This document shows positions 11,792 through 20,903 of a DNA stretch of 64,000 nucleotides, one piece after another. The translations under genes and the position numbers were made by a program. Position 1 is the first letter of the stretch; each line of letters begins with the position of its first letter. Source of the DNA: an uncultured Phycisphaerales bacterium (GTDB lineage Bacteria > Planctomycetota > Phycisphaerae > Tepidisphaerales > Tepidisphaeraceae); NCBI GenBank assembly GCA_963755915.1, contig CAVWLP010000002.1:1824001-1888000 (forward strand), given 5' to 3'. The notes beneath the pieces are model-generated. The model was not told the DNA's origin. It was given only the letters and a program-made list of their open reading frames with translations, and made no database searches.

Positions 11792-12574
11792 AGGCGAAAT
11801 TGAGGGGTAGCATTCTTGCAGTAGGCATGGCGGTGATGGCTTGCGCCGGGGTGTGGGCGGATGTGCCGGCGACGCAGCCGACGGCGTCGGTTTCGACGAC
11901 GCGTCCCTCGCCGCTGAATATGGGACAGTGGCGGCGTGCGTGGGCGCTTACTGCCGGGCGAACCGCGGGGATCCGTCCTTACACGCAGGAAGAGTGGAAC
12001 GACATGATGGCCTTCATGCGGGTCAACTCTCCGGCGCTGGCGGGTTCTGTCGAGCCTGCAGCTTCGGCCGAACGCTCCGATTCGCCTCGACGCGATCCGG
12101 CGGTGGCGGAATTTCACTTTCACGAAGGACCATTTTCCGGACGTTGCCGACCAGCTCGTGAAGCGGGTCCGTCTGGAGGATGATCTTTTTGCTTTGACGA
12201 TGGACGCGCAGTCGAGCGGGGAGGCCGACAGCGCTTCGATCCGCGAAAAAATCCGCGATAAGATCGCCGAGATCGTCAACCTGGATTTCTCGGAGCGGCA
12301 GACGCGCATCGAGAAGCTGGAAAAGATGCTGGACGACGAAAAGACCCGGCTGGCGGCGGATCAGTCGTCGGTGGATAAGATCATCGATCGCCGAACCGAT
12401 CAGATCATGAATCGTTTGGACGGTCTGAATCGCGAACTCTCTTCGCCCACCACGCGGCCGACGCTGACAGAAGAGGCGAACGAAAACGAGGCCGCGCCGA
12501 ACAGTGCCGCGCCGGCGAATGCCGCGGAGGTGGACGTCGACAGCGCCGCCACCTCGACACCGCCTCAGAAATAG
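11788..12574 (+). CDS. Exported helical hypothetical protein (frameshifts around 12050-12160)
   Basis: Signal peptide and ATQP/TTRP low-complexity motifs; ORFs 11788-12183 and 12158-12574 overlap; third gene of the ECF operon. Confidence 0.65.
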
Positions 12575-12765
12575 GCCAATCCGGCCGTAAATTCGCTACC
12601 TAAATGATGTTTCGTGTTTCTGGGCCAGGGGGACGCGCCCCGCAAGCGGGGCTGCTAAACTTGGCGATCGATGCCTGGTCCAGACATCCCGCAACACTAT
12701 TTAGTCTTTCAATCTCCACCTCTTTGATTTATCGCCTCTGACTGATTACAGGGAGAGGGGACCCA

Positions 12766-13671
12766 ATGATCGACCCCTCTATTAGCGGCCACGACCCTGT
12801 TCTCCTCGCGGAGGTGCTGGAATATCTCGATCCGTCCGCCGGGCAAACCGTGGTTGATTGCACGCTTGGGCGCGGGGGACATGCACTGGCCGTCGGGCAG
12901 CGTCTTGGAGCCGGGGGGCTGCTCATCGGACTGGATGCGGACCCGCGGAATCTGGAATTCGCGGCGGGGCGGCTGGAGTCGCTCCAGTGCCGCCGGCGGC
13001 TTTTTCATGCGAACTTCTCGCGGGTTTCCACGGTTTTGTCGGAAGCCGGGAATCCGCCGGTGAACGCCATCCTTGCGGACCTGGGTATTAGTACCAATCA
13101 GCTCTTCGACGCCCATTACGGATTGAGCTTCGACCGGCCCATGCCGCTGGACATGCGGCTGGACCCCGAACTGCCTGAAAATGCGGCAGACCTTGTGAAT
13201 CGATTGCCCGAAGAATCGCTGGCCAACGTCCTATATGATCTGGCCCAAGAGCGTTATTCCCGCCAAATTGCCAGAAAGATTGTCGAAAGCCGGCGAAGTC
13301 GTCCGATTAAAGATACGGAAGCACTTGCCGAGCTGGTTCGCTCGGCAATTCCGCGTCGGGGCAAAGGCCCGTCGCGGATTGATCCGGCCACGCGAACGTT
13401 TCTCACGCTTCGCATGGCGGTCAACCGGGAAATGGAGAATCTGGCCGAGCTGCTGAAAGAGGCGCCGGCGGGATTGGTTTCCGGTGGACGGCTGGCCGTG
13501 ATCAGCTTTCAGTCGATGGAAGATCGAGCGGTGAAACTGGCGTTTCGGTCGTTGGAGCAGACCGGGGTCTTTAAGGTGATCACCTCGAAGCCCCTCACAC
13601 CCACCTCCGAAGAAATCGCCCGAAACCCCCGATCGCGGTCGGCAAAGATGCGTGTGATTGAGAAATCATGA
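12766..13671 (+). CDS. rsmH: 16S rRNA m4C1402 methyltransferase RsmH (MraW)
   Basis: HDPVLLAEV, VDCTLGRGGHA, DLGIS, PLDMRLD and NPRSRSAKMR motifs. Confidence 0.97.
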   Translation: MIDPSISGHDPVLLAEVLEYLDPSAGQTVVDCTLGRGGHALAVGQRLGAGGLLIGLDADPRNLEFAAGRLESLQCRRRLFHANFSRVSTVLSEAGNPPVNAILADLGISTNQLFDAHYGLSFDRPMPLDMRLDPELPENAADLVNRLPEESLANVLYDLAQERYSRQIARKIVESRRSRPIKDTEALAELVRSAIPRRGKGPSRIDPATRTFLTLRMAVNREMENLAELLKEAPAGLVSGGRLAVISFQSMEDRAVKLAFRSLEQTGVFKVITSKPLTPTSEEIARNPRSRSAKMRVIEKS

Positions 13672-13672
13672 A

Positions 13673-13774
13673 GTTGCGAGTGACGAGTTGCGAGTTGCGA
13701 GTAAATGCATTTGCGTTTCACTCGCAACCCGCAACTCGCGGCTCGACTGAGCTCGCCGAAGTCAACTCGCAACT
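13673..13774. repeat. Inverted pair of heptamer tandem arrays (GAGTTGC)n / (GCAACTC)n, interrupted by 23-bp element C at 13740-13762
   Basis: Removing GGCTCGACTGAGCTCGCCGAAGT plus one duplicated C restores GCAACTCGCAACTCGCAACT. Confidence 0.85.
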
Positions 13775-13791
13775 GCCTTTGGGAGGCAGAC

Positions 13792-14688
13792 ATGACTCGT
13801 GAAACCAAAATCAGCCTGCTGGTGGGGCTGGCGTTCATCATCGTGATCGGGATTCTCCTGTCGGATCATTTCCGGGCGACGCAGGAGTTGCCGGCGGCGG
13901 TGCTGACGAATATCGGGGACGCGGTGCGCCGAGCAACGGATTCACCGGGCGGGGCGAGTCCGCCGATCAATTTTGTGACGCCGTCGGAGACTTCACCGAA
14001 CCAGCAGGTTGCGACGCATGATGAGCTGGAGAAGTCACCGCCACCGGTGGTGGCTTCGCATGATTATTCGGCCCAGGCGAACAGCACACCGGAGGCGTCG
14101 AACCTGGTTCCGCCACCGGCGCCCGAAGATCACGGCGCGGATGCGCCGTCGCCAGACAAGGCGCTGAGCGACGTGGCGGCTCAAAACGGGGAGCCGATCG
14201 TTCCGGCGCAGGTGGATGGAAGAAACGCTCCGAATACCGAATCTTCTCAGGCCTCGGTGCCTGCGGGTCCGAAGGAATATCGTGCCGAGTCGGGCGATAC
14301 TGTTTCGCGCATGGCGGCGAAATTCATGGGTTCGAACACGCCGGAAAACCGCCAGGCGATCATCAATGCCAACCCATCGCTTCAAGATGATCCGGACATG
14401 GTGATCGTCGGCAAAGCGTACGTGATTCCCGGCACTGGGGACAACAACGGCTCGAGCGAAGTTGCGGTGGTAAATCCCTCAAATTCGACGACCGGGCGAT
14501 ATTTCTACACGGTGAAAGAAGGGGACAGCCTGTGGAGAATCGCGAACGATCAGCTTGGCGATCCTTCGGATGTTGACGCAATTAAATCGCTGAACGAATC
14601 GGTGCTGAAAGGGGACGATCACGACGTGGTTATTCCCGGGATGAAACTGCAACTTCCCGCCAAACCGGTGGCTGCCAGTAACAACTGA
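13792..14688 (+). CDS. Membrane-anchored protein with two LysM peptidoglycan-binding domains
   Basis: GGGAGG RBS; N-terminal TM (LLVGLAFIIVIGILL); LysM repeats YRAESGDTVSRMA and YTVKEGDSLWRIA. Confidence 0.9.
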   Translation: MTRETKISLLVGLAFIIVIGILLSDHFRATQELPAAVLTNIGDAVRRATDSPGGASPPINFVTPSETSPNQQVATHDELEKSPPPVVASHDYSAQANSTPEASNLVPPPAPEDHGADAPSPDKALSDVAAQNGEPIVPAQVDGRNAPNTESSQASVPAGPKEYRAESGDTVSRMAAKFMGSNTPENRQAIINANPSLQDDPDMVIVGKAYVIPGTGDNNGSSEVAVVNPSNSTTGRYFYTVKEGDSLWRIANDQLGDPSDVDAIKSLNESVLKGDDHDVVIPGMKLQLPAKPVAASNN

Positions 14689-14693
14689 GACCC

Positions 14694-14975
14694 ATGCTCA
14701 AAATGCTTCTATGCCTGCTCTGTGGTGCCGCAATCGCGGTCGCCCTGCTGGAACTCCGCGAACAGCGGCTGAACCTGACGTTCGAAACCAACAAGCTGCA
14801 TAACGAAATCGAAGCGAGCCAGCTTCAGCTCTGGAACCAGCAGATGGCGATAGCCGTGGCGACGGCGCCGAATGCACTGGCGGCGTCGACGAAGGATAAG
14901 GATCTGAAGCTTTCGGCGGGGAATGCGGCGATCAAGCGATCGTGGGTGGATGATCCGGATGCGGGAAATCAGTAG
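14694..14975 (+). CDS. Probable FtsL-like cell division protein
   Basis: 93 aa with an N-terminal TM and a Leu-rich coiled coil; lies between rsmH and ftsI, the canonical ftsL position. Confidence 0.6.
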   Translation: MLKMLLCLLCGAAIAVALLELREQRLNLTFETNKLHNEIEASQLQLWNQQMAIAVATAPNALAASTKDKDLKLSAGNAAIKRSWVDDPDAGNQ

Positions 14976-14990
14976 CTCTGCGAAATCCAG

Positions 14991-15023
14991 TTGACTTCCG
15001 ATCACTTCGGGTACAAAATGTAC
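14991..15023 (+). promoter_or_regulatory. higBA-1 promoter and operator
   Basis: TTGACT-N17-CAAAAT; palindrome GTACA-AAA-TGTAC (15011-15023) overlaps the -10; ATG 8 nt downstream. Confidence 0.65.
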
Positions 15024-15027
15024 ACGG

Positions 15028-15345
15028 ATGCGGGTGATCAGCAAGCGGCGGCTGCGTGAGTTCTGGGAAATGTACGCTGACGCTCACAACCCGCTTGAAG
15101 CGTGGTTCAAGGCGGCGGAAAAGGCCGATTGGGCCAATTTCGCCGATGTGCGGGCAACCTTTGCCAATGCCTCGGGAGTCCCGCTTCAATGTGGAATCAC
15201 GGCGATTGTCTTCAATATCGGCGGCAATAAATATCGCTTAATTACGCGCATTGAGTACCGATTCCACGTGGTTTACGTAAAGATGGTTCTAACTCATCGC
15301 CAATATGACACGGGCGGATGGAAGGATGAACTATGCGGCGGTTGA
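15028..15345 (+). CDS. higB: HigB-family toxin
   Basis: MRVISKRRLREFWE, VFNIGGNKYRLI and LTHRQYD motifs. Confidence 0.92.
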   Translation: MRVISKRRLREFWEMYADAHNPLEAWFKAAEKADWANFADVRATFANASGVPLQCGITAIVFNIGGNKYRLITRIEYRFHVVYVKMVLTHRQYDTGGWKDELCGG

Positions 15346-15752
15346 AAACACGTCTCGAGAAGCTACCGGCGAATTTCGCCGATCTAGTCCGTTTGTATCC
15401 CCCCCAGGCAATTCATGATGAGGTTGGCTACGCCAATACACAGGAAATGATCGACCGTCTGACTTCCCTTCCGAAGCTTACGGCGGGCCAATCCGAGTAT
15501 CTTGAAACGCTGACAATTCTATTTGAAGCTTATGAAAATGAGCATGAACGCATCGACACAAGCCGTCTTTCTCCGCTGGAAATGCTGCGCTTTCTGCTCG
15601 ATTCCAATGGAATGACGGGTTCTGACCTGGGCCGGCTTCTGGGAAATCGGGAGCTGGGCCCCAAGATCCTGAATGGTTCTCGCCAATTGAGTAAAGCACA
15701 CATCCGCGTGCTCGCCGACCGCTTTAAGGTCGATGCCGGGTTGTTCTTATAG
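15333..15752 (+). CDS. higA: HigA-family antitoxin (HTH-XRE)
   Basis: YLETLTILFEAYE, LRFLLDSNGMTGSDL and ILNGSRQLSKAHIRVLADRF. Confidence 0.9.
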   Translation: MRRLKTRLEKLPANFADLVRLYPPQAIHDEVGYANTQEMIDRLTSLPKLTAGQSEYLETLTILFEAYENEHERIDTSRLSPLEMLRFLLDSNGMTGSDLGRLLGNRELGPKILNGSRQLSKAHIRVLADRFKVDAGLFL

Positions 15753-17706
15753 TCTGCGGTCGCTGGCGGCTTACAGCTCTCCTGCATCCGCCATTTTTAT
15801 CGTAATCCCCCCGATTTGCCGATCTATTATCGGACCATTCCATGCCCACGTTTTCTACCATTCTGCGCGGATCGTTGTCCTGCTGATCGTCGGCTTGTTC
15901 GCGGCGCTCATCGGACGGGTGGGATACCTGCAAACTTACGGGCGCGATGCGACCATCTCCCGGGCGGATCGTCAGCAGCACCTGGTGATGAATCTGCCGG
16001 CCCGGCGCGGGAACATCGACGATCGCAACGGGCTGATCATGGCGGGATCGGTTGAGACGCGGAATCTCTTCATCGACCCGAAGTTCATGCAGGATGCCTT
16101 TCAGGAAGATGGGCGCAGCCTGAATGACATGGACGATGCGCTCGGGAAGCTGGCCAAGATCATCGACAAGGATCCGTTTGAACTGGCCAAGCTGCTGGGG
16201 GATCGCGCTACCAGCCGGTTCGTCAAGGTCGCGGAAGACCTTGATGATGGGACCGTGCAGCAGATTCAGGCGATGAACCTTCCCGGCGTTGGCATCGATA
16301 CGGGCAGCGCACGGTGCTACCCGATGGGGGCGCTGGCCGCTCATGTGCTTGGGGGCGTTGGGTCGGACGATTCGGGGCTCGATGGGCTGGAACTGGAGTA
16401 CAACTCGCTTCTGACGGGCAAGCCGGGCTTTGCGCGGGAGATGAAAGATGCGCAGCGGCGGCCGATTGGGGTTGATGCGCAGGACTACGTGCCGCCGCGC
16501 CATGGGCAACATATTGTTCTCACGATTGACGCGAATCTGCAGATGATCGCGGAGGAGGAACTTCGGGATGCCGTGGAGCATGTGCATGGGAAGCGCGGGG
16601 AATTCATTGCGATGGATCCGTGGACGGGGGAGATCCTGGCGCTGGCGAATTATCCCACGTTCAATCCGGGCACGCTCAGTGATTCGACTCCCGATGAGAG
16701 GCGGGATAGTGCGCTGATCGCTCCTTACGAGCCGGGCTCGACGTTCAAGCCCTTTATTGCAGGGCCGGCGTTTATGTGGAATGTCACCACGCCGTGGGAA
16801 GTGTGGGATATTCCGGGGATCACCTGGTTTACGCCATATGGGCGGGCGATCACGGATGTGGAGCATTACGGGAATTTGTGTACGTGGGATGGGCTGGTGA
16901 AATCGAGCAATATTCTCATGTCGCAGCTTGCGGAGCGGATGGGCAATGCACGGCTGCACGATGCAATTACCCGGTTCGGGTTTGGGAAGAGGACGGGGAT
17001 CGATTTGCCGCGCGAGGATTCAGGGGTCGTTTACAATTTGCGGAAGTGGACGCGGAAGAGCACGGAATCGGTGGCGCAGGGGTATGAGGTGATGGTTACG
17101 CCGCTGCAGCTTGCGCGGGCGTTTAGCGTTTATGCGAATGGGGGGAAGCTGGTGACGCCGCACCTGCTGCTGGGGACGGTGGATCCGGATGGGAACATCA
17201 TGTCTCGGCGGCGATCGGCGAGTTTTGATTCGTTGCCGGAGGTGATGGACCCGCAGATCACGGCAGAGATGCGGCGAATTCTGTGCGATGTGGTGATCCG
17301 CGGGACGGCGGAGGGGATGCGGAGCAAGACGTGGAATATTTCGGGCAAGACGGGAACGGCGCACATTGCCGAGGGGCATGGGTATAGCCCGACGCGGTTC
17401 AACAGCAGCTTCATGTGCATGGCGCCGTATGAGAATCCGCGAATCGTTGTCGTGTGCGTGATTCATGATCCCGACCGGGCGATCGCGCACTACGGCGGTA
17501 AAGTGGCGGCGCCGGCGGCGGTGAAGTTTATCGAGCGGGCGTTTACGTATATGGAAGTGCCGGCTTCGCCGGATTTGCCGCTGCCGGATCCTAAGGTTGC
17601 GAGCGTGCTGTGGGATTATTCGGATAAGGCTTATACGGATCGGAATGTGGGGGCGATGAAGGAGGGGGATGATACGGAGACTGCGCAGGTGGATGGGAAT
17701 CAGTGA
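15733..17706 (+). CDS. ftsI: Class B penicillin-binding protein (FtsI/PBP3-like); true start probably near 15842
   Basis: ARRGNIDDRNG, RCYPMG, GLDGLE, SxxK (GSTFK), SxN (KSSNI) and KTG (GKTGTA). Confidence 0.9.
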   Translation: MPGCSYSLRSLAAYSSPASAIFIVIPPICRSIIGPFHAHVFYHSARIVVLLIVGLFAALIGRVGYLQTYGRDATISRADRQQHLVMNLPARRGNIDDRNGLIMAGSVETRNLFIDPKFMQDAFQEDGRSLNDMDDALGKLAKIIDKDPFELAKLLGDRATSRFVKVAEDLDDGTVQQIQAMNLPGVGIDTGSARCYPMGALAAHVLGGVGSDDSGLDGLELEYNSLLTGKPGFAREMKDAQRRPIGVDAQDYVPPRHGQHIVLTIDANLQMIAEEELRDAVEHVHGKRGEFIAMDPWTGEILALANYPTFNPGTLSDSTPDERRDSALIAPYEPGSTFKPFIAGPAFMWNVTTPWEVWDIPGITWFTPYGRAITDVEHYGNLCTWDGLVKSSNILMSQLAERMGNARLHDAITRFGFGKRTGIDLPREDSGVVYNLRKWTRKSTESVAQGYEVMVTPLQLARAFSVYANGGKLVTPHLLLGTVDPDGNIMSRRRSASFDSLPEVMDPQITAEMRRILCDVVIRGTAEGMRSKTWNISGKTGTAHIAEGHGYSPTRFNSSFMCMAPYENPRIVVVCVIHDPDRAIAHYGGKVAAPAAVKFIERAFTYMEVPASPDLPLPDPKVASVLWDYSDKAYTDRNVGAMKEGDDTETAQVDGNQ

Positions 17707-17762
17707 TGGATTCAGCAGTTCTATGAACGTCCCAAGGGCGTTTGGATTTACCTTCTACCTGG

Positions 17763-18065
17763 CTATTCGCCTTTTGAGGATTTTTGGGAGGATCCCAGCC
17801 AATACCCAACTAAGCCGGGCCAAACCAAAGTCGCTACGACCGCGTGCAAAAGCAAGGTAAGCACGTACCCTAGCCGGTACAACAACCCGCGCGGTGCGGA
17901 CGAAATCTGTGGCAAGTGCATAGCCCGTTCGTCAATTTGGTGCTGACCGGGCGGGGCCGTCTCGTTTTTACGCCGCGCGTCACGCCATGCGAGCAGAAAA
18001 AGGGCAAGCCACAAGCACGGCACGAAGCAGAGGAGCCCAAGCAGTACATTTGCTAGAAAATGCAC
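17763..18065 (-). CDS. Small hypothetical membrane protein
   Basis: Two hydrophobic segments; TATAAT 6 nt before the GTG start. Confidence 0.4.
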   Translation of the reverse strand: MHFLANVLLGLLCFVPCLWLALFLLAWRDARRKNETAPPGQHQIDERAMHLPQISSAPRGLLYRLGYVLTLLLHAVVATLVWPGLVGYWLGSSQKSSKGE

Positions 18066-18434
18066 GATGAGATTATACTTGGTGGGTGCAACAAGGAACC
18101 CATCGGCATGATGGCATTCCCGGAGATAGGGGACGCGTGCTAACGTTCAATCGCTTTCTGATAGATCGGTCGCGACATCACTGCGATTATGGTTTACGGG
18201 CTCAATTCGATCGGCATCGGATCAAGACATTAAGGCTGGACAGGTTTATGAATTCGTAGACGAAGCGACCAGCTTTTTAAAAGCAAATGCGAATGCAATG
18301 CAGGAGGGGCGAGGGGGGAATCAGGCGAGATTTAGATGCATGGGGCCTCAATGGTTTCCCCCCCTCGCCCCTCCCGTACCCTGCCCACTCCTCCCGCCTT
18401 TTGCGCTCAACTTGGATCGTGGGACGGAGGGAAA

Positions 18435-18475
18435 CCCCCTCCCCCCACCCTCCCCCGGCGTACCGGGGGCGGGGG
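18435..18475 (+). repeat. REP-like family A copy
   Basis: CCCTCCCCCGGCGTACCGGGGGCGGGGG, downstream of queA. Confidence 0.85.
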
Positions 18476-18511
18476 AAAAAAGCGGCATGCCGAGGCAAGG
18501 TCCGGCTGCGC

Positions 18512-19573
18512 CTATTCCATCATCATTGCATCCCCGTAACTGAAAAAGCGATACCGCTCTGCTATCGCCTCCTGGTAAATCCGCCGCTGCTCTTCCAGTC
18601 CCGTCATCGCGGCTACCAGGGCGATCAGTGTGCTGCGGGGCAGGTGGAAATTTGTGATGAGGGCGCCGACGTACTTCCAGCGGTAGGGGGGGTAGATGAA
18701 GATATTTGTGCTCCCGGCACCGGCGGCGATTGGGCGATCGTCCGGCTGGCTTTCCAGAACGCGGGCTGAAGTTGTCCCGACGGCGATGAGGCGGCGGTTT
18801 TCTTTTTTTGCGCGGTTGAGGGTATGGGCGGCCTGGTCGCTGATCGCGTAACTTTCGCTGTGCATCGCGTGAGCGGCGAGCGTGTCGGATGTGATCGGCT
18901 TAAATGTTCCTGCCCCAACGTGCAGGGTCACCATCACCCGCTCGATTCCCATCCCTTCCAGACGCTGCAAAATCTCCGGTGTAAAATGTAAGCCCGCCGT
19001 TGGCGCGGCGACGGCGCCCGGCTGGTGGGCATAAACCGTCTGATACCGCTGCCGATCCATCTCATCCCGCTCATCGCTCTGTTTTTGCCTGCGAATATAG
19101 GGCGGGAGGGGCATTCGGCCGATTTGCATGAGCAACTGCACTGCTGGAATTGCCTGCGAAAGTCCGATCACAAATTCGCCGGCTCCGCGACGCTCCAAAA
19201 CCCGGACGGGCAGCCCTCCCTCTTCATCTGCCTTGGTACTTCCGGGGAGGGGGAGGGTGAGGATGGGGTCGGAATTTCCGAGGTCCTTTAAAAGAACGAG
19301 CCATTTTCTCGGTTCTATTTGTTGAAGAAACAACGCCTCGACCTTTCCCCCTGTCTGCTTGCGCAAATAAAAGCGGGCGGGAATTACCTTCGAGTCGTTG
19401 AAGACCATCACGTCGCCGGGGCGCAGGATCGAGGGAAGGTCCGAGAACTTGCGATGGTGAATCTCGCGCGTTGGGCGAGCGTAATGAAGGAGGCGTGATT
19501 CGCCGCGGTTTGGTGGGGGCGTTTGCGCGATCAGCTCTGGCGGAAGTTGAAAATCCAAATGCTCGGTTCGCAT
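18512..19573 (-). CDS. queA: S-adenosylmethionine:tRNA ribosyltransferase-isomerase
   Basis: DFQLPPELIAQ, VFNDSKVIPAR, MPLPPYI, AVAAPTAGLHF, LITNFHLPRST and YRFFSYGDAM. Confidence 0.97.
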   Translation of the reverse strand: MRTEHLDFQLPPELIAQTPPPNRGESRLLHYARPTREIHHRKFSDLPSILRPGDVMVFNDSKVIPARFYLRKQTGGKVEALFLQQIEPRKWLVLLKDLGNSDPILTLPLPGSTKADEEGGLPVRVLERRGAGEFVIGLSQAIPAVQLLMQIGRMPLPPYIRRQKQSDERDEMDRQRYQTVYAHQPGAVAAPTAGLHFTPEILQRLEGMGIERVMVTLHVGAGTFKPITSDTLAAHAMHSESYAISDQAAHTLNRAKKENRRLIAVGTTSARVLESQPDDRPIAAGAGSTNIFIYPPYRWKYVGALITNFHLPRSTLIALVAAMTGLEEQRRIYQEAIAERYRFFSYGDAMMME

Positions 19574-19732
19574 CGGGGCATGTTGCTTTGGGGCATCATC
19601 CGGCATAAACGGACCAGTTTGACATCGCGCACATTGATCGCATAAAAATTTGTTTGCCGCAATATTCAAGGCGTTTTTTATCGCTGGCGCAGATTTGGCA
19701 CGGGCATCCATGGCCTTTGCTCACTGCTGCGC

Positions 19733-20170
19733 GTGGCGGCGGTTTCGAACGTCAATCTTCTGGTCGCGACGCTTCAGCTTCAACTGACGCAGTCGATCAT
19801 TGCGGCGATTCGGACGGCCGACCTTACGACGGCGGCCCATAGAGGTTCGCCAGGTTGCCCGGTCGATACGTTCTGCTGCGGCGGGAGGGGGACGATAACA
19901 CCGGAGCCTCGCTATTTACCCAGGCGGGTGCTTCATCCGACGCCGCGGTATCTACCGAGGCCGGTGCTGCATCCGCGGGCGCGGATTGAGCCGCGTCCGG
20001 CGCCGCCGCCGGCTCCTTCGGCGAAGACACCGACGATAACGGCGGGGCCGCAGCCACCGTGGAAAACGGTGCCATGGAAGGAACCGTTGCCGGCGGCGGA
20101 CGTAATAAAGGTAGTCGTGCGTCAACCCGATACGGTGACTAAGGGAACTTTGATCGATTTGTTCCTTTAG
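19733..20170 (+). CDS. Pro-rich hypothetical protein
   Basis: ORF with a repeated PRYLPRxVLHP motif and a C-terminal KGTLIDLFL. Confidence 0.5.
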   Translation: MAAVSNVNLLVATLQLQLTQSIIAAIRTADLTTAAHRGSPGCPVDTFCCGGRGTITPEPRYLPRRVLHPTPRYLPRPVLHPRARIEPRPAPPPAPSAKTPTITAGPQPPWKTVPWKEPLPAADVIKVVVRQPDTVTKGTLIDLFL

Positions 20171-20188
20171 GCTTCGGGAGAAATTGAT

Positions 20189-20416
20189 ATGCTTCAGTCC
20201 GATCAAGTCGAAGAGCTGATCACGCTGGTTTCAAGTTTGGACAAGCCTGCCCTGGTTCGACAATTCAGCGAATATCCTTCCAAGTTTCCGGTGGATTTCA
20301 CGAGCGATTTTCTGGATCGCCAGCCGCTGGATCGGCTTCGGCATCTATTCCTTGCCTTGTGCCTTCAGACGCAGCGCATGCCGCCTGCGGCGTGCGAGAC
20401 GGCGGAAGTTGCCTGA
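20189..20416 (+). CDS. Small hypothetical protein
   Basis: GGGAG RBS; 75-aa ORF with FPVDFT...LDRLRHLFLALC. Confidence 0.6.
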   Translation: MLQSDQVEELITLVSSLDKPALVRQFSEYPSKFPVDFTSDFLDRQPLDRLRHLFLALCLQTQRMPPAACETAEVA

Positions 20417-20520
20417 GGGCATCAGTCCTATAAATCCTACTGCTCACGTGGTGCGCGCTTGATCGCCGATCTTGGTTCGGCTGGATGGCGTTGCGCTGAT
20501 CCTGGCCAGATTGAGCTTCG

Positions 20521-20560
20521 GCCCCCACCCTGACCCTCCCCCGGATTACCAGGGGAGGGG
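20521..20560 (+). repeat. REP-like family A copy
   Basis: CCCTGACCCTCCCCCGGATTACCAGGGGAGGGG. Confidence 0.8.
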
Positions 20561-20618
20561 AAAAAGACGGCGCGTGGTGGGGAATTGGCGTCAGGCATTG
20601 ATCGCCCGGAAAGGCAAA

Positions 20619-20903
20619 ATGTCCAAACCGATTCCGCATTGCCCGTTTCTGGATGGGGGGGACCATCGGTGTTCTAATTGTTTTCGGCTGGAAGATCTGA
20701 AGCACGCGTTCAAGTTTTGTTTTGGGAGGTATCGGGCGTGCCCGACGTATCTGGATCTTCAAGTGGAGGGGCGGATGCGAATGATGGGTTGTAAACTGCC
20801 GGAGGCTGTGCGCGATGGCGAACATGGTATCACGGAAGATTCCGTCGCGGACGCGGGTGAGCGAGCCGCGGTTGCCGCTGCTGCTCACGTTTCTTGCGAC
20901 TGA
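20619..20903 (+). CDS. Small Cys-rich hypothetical protein (3' end uncertain; overlaps xerD)
   Basis: GAAAGG RBS; HCPFL...RC..C...FCFGRYRACPTY. Confidence 0.55.
   Translation: MSKPIPHCPFLDGGDHRCSNCFRLEDLKHAFKFCFGRYRACPTYLDLQVEGRMRMMGCKLPEAVRDGEHGITEDSVADAGERAAVAAAAHVSCD

Noticed and set aside
19685-19720. Sigma-54 promoter upstream of 19733
   Set aside because: TGGCAC and TGGCGC are present but without a correctly spaced TTGC.
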